Part shown: one piece after another, positions 53,328-62,646 of the stretch
How positions within the stretch are numbered: position 1 is the first letter of the stretch
Layout: the number at the start of each line of letters is the position of its first letter
Origin: a virus
Lineage: Duplodnaviria > Heunggongvirae > Uroviricota > Caudoviricetes
Direction: 5' to 3' (one strand)
Length of the DNA: 64,000 nt
Virus record (IMG/VR): IMGVR_UViG_3300021387_000463
Location: 107,001-171,000 of that record
Made by a program: the position numbers and the translations under genes
Notes under the pieces: generated by a model
Told to the model about the DNA's origin: nothing
Database searches by the model: none
The model's input: only the letters and a program-made list of their open reading frames with translations

Positions 53328-54803
53328 ATGAATGTTTATAATTTTAAGAAAATTGAGAAATGTTATGTGTTTGGAAACATAGACAGAAACATGGATAGGT
53401 TTATCAAAACCATAACATCTAATATTTCAAAATTTAAAAAAGAAGAGCATCCAAAGGAAATCGAAAGACAAGAGAGACTAAAAAAGCGTGAAGCAGATAG
53501 GCTAGCTAATGATGGGCTTGGTGGAGGTCTTGGTTTACATAATCCATATGACGCTCATTTACAACAGCGTAGAGTTAATAGACGTGACGCTGGTATGGAC
53601 CTAGACCCTTCACCATTTGCATGGAATATTGGGGATAGTGATAAGAAAATGTTTACTAGAAAGGTAGATTCAAGTTACAATGACAGTGTAATCATCGTTA
53701 GTGGTAACTGTGGTATTGGAAATAAGAGCAAGAAGTATTACGAGGAAACATTTAGTAAACTAGATAAGATTCTTGGTGATAACAATTGCTTTGTCTTATT
53801 CGTAAGAGGTAACAACGATAACCCTTCTATCTTCAACAACATGGAAATTGACTTTGAACATATTAAGGCAATTCCAGATTATTCAGTGGTTGCAATGAAG
53901 ACATTCAACTGTCTCTGTATCGGTGGTAGTGTCTCAATGGATAAGGAGTGGAAACTAGCTCAAGAAGAACTTTATGGAAAGAAACTCTATTGGGAGGATG
54001 AAGCCCCTAAATATCATGAAAAGCAACTGAAGGAAATACTTGATGCCTATAACATCAATTGTATTATTACAAGCACTTGTCCGAGCTTTGCATATCCTGG
54101 AACTAATGCTTTTAAGAAAAGCAAGTGGTTCTATCGTGATAAGAAAATTGTTTCTGAATTTTCAAAGGAGAGAAAAATCATGGACAAAATATATGAGCAG
54201 ATTATGGACTCTGAATCAAAACCATATATGTGGATTTATGGCAGATTTAAGATGTATCACACAGACAAGATTAACGATATTGTTTTCTGTTCATTGGCTT
54301 CTTATGGAATGATACAAGTTAACTCTCAACTGAGTGCTTTCTTCGGTGTTGATACATCCAAGACACTTGAGACCAATGCGCACACATTCGACCATATTCT
54401 CAATGAAGAACTAAACGGTGCTGCAAGACTAAGACCACATGAAATCGAAGATGAGGCGATGGAAATTGGTGATGAAGACATTGCAGAAGGTGATGATGAG
54501 GAAATGGCAAACGATGTAGCTGAAGAGGTTGAGGCTGCTCCAAGAGAGAATGTAGCTGCTACTGCAAATACAGTTGAAGAAGCAAGAGAAACACTTGACC
54601 GAATGATTCAAGAAATAAGAGCTGCTGACAACTACACATATGCCGATTATGCTACAATATTTAACCAAGCAAGGAATATGACAGTGGGGGGCAATGACAT
54701 ATACACAATAAGGGCACAAGCTCCTCAAGAACTAAGAGCTGTTACACTCGAAGATATAGACCGAGTTGCACCAGTCATGGGAAACGGAACTAGAAATGGC
54801 TAA
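53328..54803 (+). CDS. hypothetical protein (491 aa), weak phosphoesterase-like features, acidic C-terminus
   Basis: SGNCGIGNKS and VRGNNDNP only loosely resemble P-loop / GNHD motifs. Confidence 0.45.
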   Translation: MNVYNFKKIEKCYVFGNIDRNMDRFIKTITSNISKFKKEEHPKEIERQERLKKREADRLANDGLGGGLGLHNPYDAHLQQRRVNRRDAGMDLDPSPFAWNIGDSDKKMFTRKVDSSYNDSVIIVSGNCGIGNKSKKYYEETFSKLDKILGDNNCFVLFVRGNNDNPSIFNNMEIDFEHIKAIPDYSVVAMKTFNCLCIGGSVSMDKEWKLAQEELYGKKLYWEDEAPKYHEKQLKEILDAYNINCIITSTCPSFAYPGTNAFKKSKWFYRDKKIVSEFSKERKIMDKIYEQIMDSESKPYMWIYGRFKMYHTDKINDIVFCSLASYGMIQVNSQLSAFFGVDTSKTLETNAHTFDHILNEELNGAARLRPHEIEDEAMEIGDEDIAEGDDEEMANDVAEEVEAAPRENVAATANTVEEARETLDRMIQEIRAADNYTYADYATIFNQARNMTVGGNDIYTIRAQAPQELRAVTLEDIDRVAPVMGNGTRNG

Positions 54804-55563
54804 TACAAATAGTAAATTCTTCTCTGTGATGGTGATTGGAGAAAATCACAGAGATTTAATGTCAAAGTATTCACTTGACTTAGAGGTTGACTCTTATGTT
54901 AAGTATGAATATCTTAAAGCTGATAAATACCTAAACAGTTCAATCAAGGCTCTAGACAATATCTTATCCAATGCTGATAAGATAGGTCTAGAACCTTCAG
55001 TGAAGGAAAGTCTATCGAATAGGATTAAAATCCTTAATCAGATGACACCATTTGAATACTACAGAGAGTTGACAGATGGTATGTACTATGACGAGAATGG
55101 CAATGCCCTTTCAACAGAAAACCAAGAGGGACATTGGAAGACTGCTAGAATAGGTAGGAATTTCTCACTACCACTTAAACTAAAGGATGGCAGTGAGGTA
55201 TATTCAGCAAAAGTTGGCGATGTGGATTGGGAAATCATGAACGAGCCACCAAAACTATATGAGGCTGCATGGGAAATGGTAATGGAAGGACGAGAACCTA
55301 CTGATGAAGAGGAAGAACAAGTCTATAAGTCCATGAAGGATAAGACTGTATATTTCTCTAAGTTCAAAAGCAAGGAGGATTACGTCACATACAGCACCTC
55401 TTACTGGAATTATGCCTTTGTAGACGAAAACGGATGGGTAGATGTAGATAGTGATAAGGAAGGGGAACAACATTGGATTGCAACGTTTTATGACAGATTC
55501 ATAAAAAATTTAGACCCTAACCAATTGGTCACAATCTATGAATGTAGTGTTAATAATGGTTAA
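54796..55563 (+). CDS. hypothetical protein (256 aa)
   Basis: ATG overlapping the upstream stop; MANTNSKFF. Confidence 0.5.
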   Translation: MANTNSKFFSVMVIGENHRDLMSKYSLDLEVDSYVKYEYLKADKYLNSSIKALDNILSNADKIGLEPSVKESLSNRIKILNQMTPFEYYRELTDGMYYDENGNALSTENQEGHWKTARIGRNFSLPLKLKDGSEVYSAKVGDVDWEIMNEPPKLYEAAWEMVMEGREPTDEEEEQVYKSMKDKTVYFSKFKSKEDYVTYSTSYWNYAFVDENGWVDVDSDKEGEQHWIATFYDRFIKNLDPNQLVTIYECSVNNG

Positions 55564-55642
55564 GATTATTTAAAGGAATGGGATAACGTTTTGTTATCTC
55601 ATTTTTTTTTCATATATTTGCATAGAGAAATACTGTAGTGAA

Positions 55643-56026
55643 ATGGATAGTTTGTCTGAATATGGAGAAAAATATAGGAGAATCCTAACATATTTCCTTA
55701 AGAAAAAGGGAATATACGAGGATTTTGTTGCTAACGCCAAACACTTTAGTACTAAGATGATTAGTAAAAACAATCATCTTCGTGGGAGACAATACTATAA
55801 TGACATATTCAATCATACTGCTTGGGATAATGAGGGACTTGTTGGACTTTTCGAAAAGTTTTTCTCTTTCACAAGTGCTAAATATCCAAAAAACATTAAG
55901 GAACATGATGGTACATGTAAAGAATTAAATATATTCGCTAGATATAACTATTGGATTAGTCTGTTAAAAGAATGGCAAAACTTCATATATAGAAGAGAAT
56001 ACGAAGAAATAACAACATTAATATAA
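55643..56026 (+). CDS. hypothetical protein (127 aa)
   Basis: ORF after a promoter-like tcatatatttgca. Confidence 0.5.
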   Translation: MDSLSEYGEKYRRILTYFLKKKGIYEDFVANAKHFSTKMISKNNHLRGRQYYNDIFNHTAWDNEGLVGLFEKFFSFTSAKYPKNIKEHDGTCKELNIFARYNYWISLLKEWQNFIYRREYEEITTLI

Positions 56027-56977
56027 ATGGATTTATTACTTAAACAATTTAGAGGACGATTCATTGAAGATAATCAGCTACCAATTACAACAGTTGAAAA
56101 TCCCTACTTCGATGAAAGAATCAAGATGCTTGAGGGTGAATTCCATGCACAACTCAAATATCTCTTACTTATGGAAACAGTAAGGGATAACTTTGGCAGT
56201 AACATGCAGAAATTCCTTGAGCATAGACATAGCGTTAAAGACCAGATTTTGAGTCACATACTCAATTCTGAAGGCTACAAGACAATGTTGGCTGACAAGT
56301 CCCCATTGGAGGATTGTAAGCTTATTGTAGGCGCAAATGAGATTTACACAGAGCAGCAAGATGGTGGTTTGTTCTTGTCATTTGATATGATTAAGGCAAA
56401 CTTCCAAGCACTTCGCTATGTTGACCCAAGCATTGTGCGTGATTGTGATACTTGGGAAGAGTTCGTAGCTTGCTTCACTGATGTGAAATACCTCGCCTCC
56501 GCAAAGCAAGTAAGACAAGAGGTATTGGGTAAACTCAATGGTAAAAGATTGGCAGCTATTGAGAAATACCACTCTAACGAGTTTGCAAAAGAGTTCAAGT
56601 ATAGATTGGGAATATATGGTTTCTCACCATTCTCAATCAAGACTGACGAGATTATCTTCAAGTTTAATGGCACTGAGAAGGAATTTGAGTCATTCAACGC
56701 TGGAGACCAAGAGTATAAGGGTTTCAAGTTCCGTGTGAACAAATTCAAGCTCCATATGAGAACCTTCAAGAGAGCATTCTCTGATAAACTCATAAATGTA
56801 TTCGAAAAGGAAGACTTCTTAGATGGTCATAGACGCAATTTAAAGTGCGTTCCTGCCACTTATTACCCACAAGTGTATAAACTACTCAATGGGATGGAGA
56901 TAAGCGATTCTGACCTAGTTTTCACTAGCGACCATGAATTGTGTAAGTATATGAAGCCTATTGAGTTGGAGAAATGA
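56027..56977 (+). CDS. hypothetical protein (316 aa)
   Basis: ORF. Confidence 0.5.
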   Translation: MDLLLKQFRGRFIEDNQLPITTVENPYFDERIKMLEGEFHAQLKYLLLMETVRDNFGSNMQKFLEHRHSVKDQILSHILNSEGYKTMLADKSPLEDCKLIVGANEIYTEQQDGGLFLSFDMIKANFQALRYVDPSIVRDCDTWEEFVACFTDVKYLASAKQVRQEVLGKLNGKRLAAIEKYHSNEFAKEFKYRLGIYGFSPFSIKTDEIIFKFNGTEKEFESFNAGDQEYKGFKFRVNKFKLHMRTFKRAFSDKLINVFEKEDFLDGHRRNLKCVPATYYPQVYKLLNGMEISDSDLVFTSDHELCKYMKPIELEK

Positions 56978-57180
56978 CGAACATAAGTAAAGATTTTGCA
57001 TATTATCTTAAGCAAAGACGTGCATTCTCCAACTTCGTAAGATATACTAAAAGGGATGAGGGACACGTTACTTGGTGTTATTTCAATTGGGATGATACCA
57101 AAGAGGGAGTGGCTTATTGGCAAGACATATTCAATGGCTTTATACCTTTTATAGAAAAGAAATACGATTATATAAATTAG
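56974..57180 (+). CDS. hypothetical protein (68 aa)
   Basis: ORF, ATGA overlap. Confidence 0.4.
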   Translation: MTNISKDFAYYLKQRRAFSNFVRYTKRDEGHVTWCYFNWDDTKEGVAYWQDIFNGFIPFIEKKYDYIN

Positions 57181-57186
57181 AAATAG

Positions 57187-58581
57187 ATGGAAATATTCAA
57201 AGACGAAAGAATAAAGAAAGTCTTAGCGAAGATTCAGAATGCCATTAAACTGACTGCCTTTGAGGGGCATGTTTATGTGGTTGGTGGTGCGGTGAGAGAC
57301 GCACTGTTGAACCTTCCAGTCAAGGACTTGGATTTCGTGGTAGAGATACCTAATGGTGGAGTAATGCTTGCCCATCTTCTTGCTTCAAAGGAGAAGTGTT
57401 ATGTGATGGGTAAGAATCCAGTAATATTCGAGACCTATGGTACTGCAAAGCTGAATCTCTTTAAGGATGAAGACCTCAAAGACTTTGACCTTGAATTCGT
57501 TCAGACTAGAAAGGAGCAGTATCACAAGGAGAGCAGAAACCCAGATACAGTGTTTGGTTCAATCGAGGAAGATGCAGCACGTAGGGACTTAACCATTAAC
57601 TCATTGTACTACAATGTTACTGATGGTAAGTTGTACGATTTCAACCAAGGTGTTGATGACTTGGTTAACCAAGTGATTAAGACCCCAACTGACCCAGATG
57701 TTATCTTTGACGATGACCCACTACGTATCTTGAGAGTTATCAGATTCTCTTGCAGATATGGCTGGGGTATCGAGAAGAACACTTGGTTGGGCATGGTTAA
57801 GAATGCACATCGTATCAAGATTATCTCACAAGAGAGAATCACTGATGAGATTTCCAAGATTATAACTGGTCCAAACGCTTCTGTTGGTATCCGCAAGATG
57901 TTGTTCTGTGGCATCTTGAATAGGGTAATGCCAGACATCTACGACTTAACCAACGCATATGAATCAAAGAATCCAATGCTTACCTCATTTGACCACACAA
58001 TGTTAGTTCTTGATAAGGTACAGCCTTATATTGAGAATAGACTTGCTGCATTGTTTCATGATGTAGGTAGAATCGCAACTGAGGGAAATAGGGGTATCTC
58101 TCAAGATTCATTCAGTGCTGATGTTGCTAGCTGTGACTTGAAAGCGATGAAATTCCCAAAGAATATTATCAATTCTGTTGAGAACGCAATCAAATATCAC
58201 AGATTCTTCAGAAACTACGCTGATGGCACTGTTCCACCAGACAAGAAGATAAGAAAGTTTATCAACGAGTGTGGTGACAACATTGGAAACGTGGTTGACT
58301 TGATGAATGCTAACAACTTGTATCAGACCTACGATAAGAAGAAGAGACAAGTATTGGATATTCTGAATAGAATTGAAGAGCTAGATGAGCTTGAAGAGGC
58401 TAAGAACGTTAAGCTGCCTATCGATGGAAAAGATTTAATGGCAGAATTTAATCTTAAAAGTGGCCCTCAGATTGGTATACTCATGGAACACTTGAAAGAG
58501 GCTTATTTCGAGAATCCGAAGATTACCAAGGAAGAGTGCTTCAAGTTGGTTGAGGATAAGATTAAAGTCTTGGCAGTCTAA
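57187..58581 (+). CDS. cca: CCA-adding enzyme (tRNA nucleotidyltransferase, class II) with HD domain
   Basis: VVGGAVRDALLNLPVKDLDFVV head-domain motif; RDLTINSLYY; HD motif LFHDVGR. Confidence 0.7.
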   Translation: MEIFKDERIKKVLAKIQNAIKLTAFEGHVYVVGGAVRDALLNLPVKDLDFVVEIPNGGVMLAHLLASKEKCYVMGKNPVIFETYGTAKLNLFKDEDLKDFDLEFVQTRKEQYHKESRNPDTVFGSIEEDAARRDLTINSLYYNVTDGKLYDFNQGVDDLVNQVIKTPTDPDVIFDDDPLRILRVIRFSCRYGWGIEKNTWLGMVKNAHRIKIISQERITDEISKIITGPNASVGIRKMLFCGILNRVMPDIYDLTNAYESKNPMLTSFDHTMLVLDKVQPYIENRLAALFHDVGRIATEGNRGISQDSFSADVASCDLKAMKFPKNIINSVENAIKYHRFFRNYADGTVPPDKKIRKFINECGDNIGNVVDLMNANNLYQTYDKKKRQVLDILNRIEELDELEEAKNVKLPIDGKDLMAEFNLKSGPQIGILMEHLKEAYFENPKITKEECFKLVEDKIKVLAV

Positions 58582-58733
58582 CTCTGCCAAGTCTTTTTTC
58601 TTTATATATTATATTATTTAATATATTAATTAAAATATATAATAATATATTAAAATATAATAAATATTATATTAGTTATTTTTTTATTTAAAATATTTTT
58701 AGTATCTTTGCAAAAAGTATAAAGTATATCAAT

Positions 58734-58988
58734 ATGGGAACATTATGTAAAAATTGTCCTGTAAGGAATTCACATAAGGAAAATGGTCAACCGTGTACCG
58801 TTGCTTTTGCAATGAGGTACGGCAATAGTTGTGTCAATCTTGACATAACAGAACAGCTATTCAACAAAGAATTAGAAGAACTGTCCAAGAAAAAGGAAGA
58901 GGACAAAAAGAAAAAGACTGAGACCAAGAAGCCTAGAACAACAAAGAAGAAAGAAACGGAAAAAGTAGAAATTTTAAAAACAGAATAA
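58734..58988 (+). CDS. small Cys/Lys-rich protein (84 aa)
   Basis: ORF after the promoter at ~58690-58725. Confidence 0.45.
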   Translation: MGTLCKNCPVRNSHKENGQPCTVAFAMRYGNSCVNLDITEQLFNKELEELSKKKEEDKKKKTETKKPRTTKKKETEKVEILKTE

Positions 58989-58992
58989 ACAT

Positions 58993-59568
58993 ATGGGAAG
59001 AAAAATTTTAATTATCGTTGATGGTCAGTATGACTTTCTTGAGGGTGGTGCTCTTGCAGTAGAAGGTGGTAAAGATGCTATGACCAATCTCACCGAGTTC
59101 ATTGAGAAGCATTACAAGGAGTATGATGGCATATTCTTAACTGCTGATTGGCATCCAATCACTCACTGTTCATTCAAGGATAATGGTGGTATCTGGCCAA
59201 CTCACTGCGTACAGTTCTCACATGGTGCTGCAATATATCAGCCAATTCTTGATGTGTTAGACGATTTAAAGGTTGACTACGATGTTCTTACGAAGGGCTG
59301 TGACGAAGACCATGAGGAGTATTCTATCTTCAAGAATGTTACCTCAGAGGCATATCTCAAAGCCATGAACAAACACAACGAGATTGGTGTTGTTGACATT
59401 TGTGGTATCGCTGGAGACTACTGTGTGCTTGATACCATCAAGGATGGGCTTATGGAATTTCCGAATGCCGAGTTCCATGTTATCAAGGAGTGTGTTGCAT
59501 CAATCGATGGTGGCGCAACATTGAACAAGTTTATTGACGATAACGAAAGGGTTTTATGTCACGAATAG
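58993..59568 (+). CDS. pncA: isochorismatase-family hydrolase, nicotinamidase (PncA)-like
   Basis: ILIIVDGQYDF, catalytic Cys context DICGIAGDYCVLDT. Confidence 0.55.
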   Translation: MGRKILIIVDGQYDFLEGGALAVEGGKDAMTNLTEFIEKHYKEYDGIFLTADWHPITHCSFKDNGGIWPTHCVQFSHGAAIYQPILDVLDDLKVDYDVLTKGCDEDHEEYSIFKNVTSEAYLKAMNKHNEIGVVDICGIAGDYCVLDTIKDGLMEFPNAEFHVIKECVASIDGGATLNKFIDDNERVLCHE

Positions 59569-59804
59569 ATATGGACATTAAGGAATATCAAGGCATGAGG
59601 AACAAGATTAAAAACTTGGAATCTGCCTTGAATTCCGTTTCTATGGAGGCTGCTACCAACAAAGAGATTATCGAGAAAGTTAAGGCTCTAGTAGTAGACC
59701 TTGAGGGGGAAGGATTTTTTAACCGCTTGTTTAGATGGAAAAGTGTGATTGAACCTTTTAAGGAGTTGTTAGAGACACATGGGCAGATTCAAGAGGAAAA
59801 GTAA
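59556..59804 (+). CDS. hypothetical protein (82 aa)
   Basis: ORF. Confidence 0.4.
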   Translation: MSRIDMDIKEYQGMRNKIKNLESALNSVSMEAATNKEIIEKVKALVVDLEGEGFFNRLFRWKSVIEPFKELLETHGQIQEEK

Positions 59805-60459
59805 AAAGCGATACCATATACCCAAAAACGCAGTAGAGCAATATATTGAAAAGGTTAGAAAGCCAAAAAGCAAGATTGTAGTTTGGACTTCACCTATAAA
59901 AGACAATAGGAGATTGGTTGGCTTATTCAGAAAACTATTTTTGGTACTTAAGAAAAACAAGAAATTCGGAAACTTCATAGAATGTTTTAAGCCAATTGAG
60001 AAAAAAACGCAATACGGTACTGCTGATAGTGTACGAACATGCTTGGGTGGCAACTTTAATTATAGCCAAGCACGTATTCTGATTGGAAGCAACTTTTTTG
60101 TACCAATTGAAAGAAATATGTTGACACCAAATGGTATCGCAAATACACCAATTGGAAATGTGATATGGCTTGACTACTTGCTTGAAAAGAATTGGCATCA
60201 TAAAAGAGATACTGATTTAGGTAAACGAGACATAGCTGAAATGTATCTGAGGGATGCGTATGAGGAAAAAGGCATCACAAAGTCTAAAGTTCCAAACGAA
60301 ATGGCGTTTTCAATGCGAATGGGGACAATACTAGCCTCAATATTCTATTTGATAATTACCTTTATGCTCTATTGGTTTATATCGCCATTGGCTGCTTTGA
60401 TATACAGCTTGATTACGGCTTTTATAATTGTTTACTTCCTCTTCAGTTTCCCAAATTAA
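59779..60459 (+). CDS. basic protein with C-terminal TM helices (226 aa)
   Basis: ORF. Confidence 0.45.
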   Translation: MGRFKRKSKKRYHIPKNAVEQYIEKVRKPKSKIVVWTSPIKDNRRLVGLFRKLFLVLKKNKKFGNFIECFKPIEKKTQYGTADSVRTCLGGNFNYSQARILIGSNFFVPIERNMLTPNGIANTPIGNVIWLDYLLEKNWHHKRDTDLGKRDIAEMYLRDAYEEKGITKSKVPNEMAFSMRMGTILASIFYLIITFMLYWFISPLAALIYSLITAFIIVYFLFSFPN

Positions 60460-60515
60460 TTAACAACATTTAACACCATCCATTTGGTGAGTTCAAAAAT
60501 ATTTCGTATCTTTAC

Positions 60516-60992
60516 ATGGAGAAATTGACGATAGATGTATTCAGACATTTTAGGTTTTTCTTGAAAAAGAATAAACAGTATGACTTGTTCATGCGAAATT
60601 TCAGAAGACAGCCATTTCAGATTTATCACGTATTTGATTCGAAGATTCCGAATTACATACAGATAATGATGAAAGATTCTGTAGATGGGATTGGAAATCG
60701 ATACTTCAAGGAATTCGGTGCAATGCATCTTATCTTTAGGTCATTTAATTGGTCTGGAGATTGTTGCACAACCAAAACAAATTCGAAGCATTGGGCTACG
60801 GTTGGTCTTAAATGGGCGTTATATTGCATAAGGCATAACATCGACATATGCACAGATGAACGGCTTGGGAGACTTATAGAGTATTGGAATTCTAATGGAT
60901 GGATTAATATTAGCAAGCTATCCTTTGAAGATAAAATAATAGTAAATCAGTTAAAACGAAAATATAATAATTATGGGGTTACAAGTGTATGA
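60516..60992 (+). CDS. hypothetical protein (158 aa)
   Basis: promoter-like tcgtatctttaca upstream. Confidence 0.5.
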   Translation: MEKLTIDVFRHFRFFLKKNKQYDLFMRNFRRQPFQIYHVFDSKIPNYIQIMMKDSVDGIGNRYFKEFGAMHLIFRSFNWSGDCCTTKTNSKHWATVGLKWALYCIRHNIDICTDERLGRLIEYWNSNGWINISKLSFEDKIIVNQLKRKYNNYGVTSV

Positions 60993-61908
60993 TAAGATTG
61001 ATACAATCTATAAAAGATACCAGTTTGATGGTAAGGATTGTCCAAATAAGGATTGGTTAAAGTTCAAGAATAAGATTATTCTTGGTGAGTTCTCAAACAA
61101 GGAGGCTGAGTATCTGTTCAACTGTCTTTGGGAAGCATATAGTAAGTTAGACGGAACAAACTCTAAAATTGCATTCTTCCCCTCAACTAGTGAGATTCGT
61201 GTTGAGGGTAAGACCGAGAAAGCTCAGTCACAGCATGGACAGTTCGAAATGCTTGAGAAGATTGGTGAGCGTATCAAGCCACAGCTTTGCGCAATGTTCC
61301 CAAAGGAGTCAGCAAGGTTTGCTCCAGTTAAAGAGGGAAATAAGGTTCAGTATTATGCAACTAGGGTTGAGTATGCAACGGCATTTAATCCTATAGTTGA
61401 TTTTAAAAAGGCAGAACCTACTGCCAATGGATTGTATGGTGTTCAGCTAGAGGAAGTTCCTATATACATCTACGGTGAGTATTTCGGTACTGGTATTCAG
61501 AAGTATGGTTCTCGCTACATTCAGAATGGTAACGGTTTCCGTGTATTCGACATTAAACAGCAAGGTTGGTGGTTGCCAAAGGAGAATCGTGATGCAATGT
61601 GCAAAGGTCTTGGTCTTGAGACTGTGCCTTTCTTGGGTGTTATGACCTTGCGTGACATTGAGGATATGGTACGTAAGGGCTTCACTACCAAGTTTGAGGG
61701 AGCTGCTGACCCAACAATGCTTGAGGAGGGTATTGTAGCACGTCCCATCATTCCTCTTTACAGTGGCAATGGTAGTTCCACTCGTGTCATCGTTAAGGTG
61801 AAGTACTGTGATTACGTTGAGTATGATGCTGTACGCAAACAATTCTCTGATAAGGAGTTCACTGAGTTCGACACTTGGTATCATGAGAATATCGAAAGTA
61901 AAAAATAA
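60973..61908 (+). CDS. RNA ligase (Rnl2-like ATP-dependent nucleotidyltransferase)
   Basis: motif I KLDGTN (adenylylation lysine, cf. T4 Rnl2 KIHGTN); motif IV-like EEGIVARP; motif V-like RVIVKVKY. Confidence 0.55.
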   Translation: MGLQVYDKIDTIYKRYQFDGKDCPNKDWLKFKNKIILGEFSNKEAEYLFNCLWEAYSKLDGTNSKIAFFPSTSEIRVEGKTEKAQSQHGQFEMLEKIGERIKPQLCAMFPKESARFAPVKEGNKVQYYATRVEYATAFNPIVDFKKAEPTANGLYGVQLEEVPIYIYGEYFGTGIQKYGSRYIQNGNGFRVFDIKQQGWWLPKENRDAMCKGLGLETVPFLGVMTLRDIEDMVRKGFTTKFEGAADPTMLEEGIVARPIIPLYSGNGSSTRVIVKVKYCDYVEYDAVRKQFSDKEFTEFDTWYHENIESKK

Positions 61909-61911
61909 GAT

Positions 61912-62181
61912 ATGAGAGAGTTTACAAGAATTACATTGAGGTTGTTGATGTGTCTTTTCCTACTTGTAGGATGTGGTGCTAACATCTACTATTTGTCTGA
62001 AGTTACTGATGACAATGATTACGCTAGTTATCGGAGAAAAGCTAAGACACGTCACAGTGTTACCTATGATAGTAATGGCTACAATGAATATCAGCAGCCA
62101 CAATCTATCATAGAGTATGATACCCTCAAGGTAGACTTAACTGAGGATTATCCAATACAACTTAGAGAATTTCATTACTAA
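61912..62181 (+). CDS. small secreted/lipoprotein (89 aa)
   Basis: signal peptide LLMCLFLLVGCG. Confidence 0.45.
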   Translation: MREFTRITLRLLMCLFLLVGCGANIYYLSEVTDDNDYASYRRKAKTRHSVTYDSNGYNEYQQPQSIIEYDTLKVDLTEDYPIQLREFHY

Positions 62182-62639
62182 TGGGCGAAGTTATTGCAAA
62201 ATTGCGTGATAAGGAAGTAACTATGTACTCCAAATTTAACATTGGAGATTATGTGAAAGTGGTGAATACTGGACATCAGTATTCATCATATAACACAGCC
62301 TTCGAGTTCTTTTGGGGTAACACAGAAAGATTCTATCTTCCTTATAGTGTTGGTGAATATGAGAATGAAAGCGACTTTCAAGCAGCAATGGCAAGAATAC
62401 CGCAACGTTGGAAAGTCATTAACATGGCTGTTCATGACTTCTCACCAGACGTTATACTCTATCATATAAGAAGTGAAGAAGGTAAAAACTGTGTTGTGAA
62501 TGATGGGGCTATTGAGCTTATAGATTTCCACCATAGAAACAGAGAACATGTTAGCAAAATCATGATTTATCAATTACCTGCCAATGGTAGGGTCATGAAA
62601 CATAAATGGACAGAAAAATTATATAAAATAATAAAATAA
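62181..62639 (+). CDS. hypothetical protein (152 aa)
   Basis: ORF, TAATGG overlap. Confidence 0.5.
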   Translation: MGEVIAKLRDKEVTMYSKFNIGDYVKVVNTGHQYSSYNTAFEFFWGNTERFYLPYSVGEYENESDFQAAMARIPQRWKVINMAVHDFSPDVILYHIRSEEGKNCVVNDGAIELIDFHHRNREHVSKIMIYQLPANGRVMKHKWTEKLYKIIK

Positions 62640-62646
62640 CAGAATT

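Noticed and set aside
53328-54803. Polynucleotide kinase/phosphatase assignment for the 491-aa protein
   Set aside because: The P-loop-like GNCGIGNKS and GNND motifs deviate from the GxxxxGK[ST] and GNH[DE] consensus. It is kept as hypothetical.
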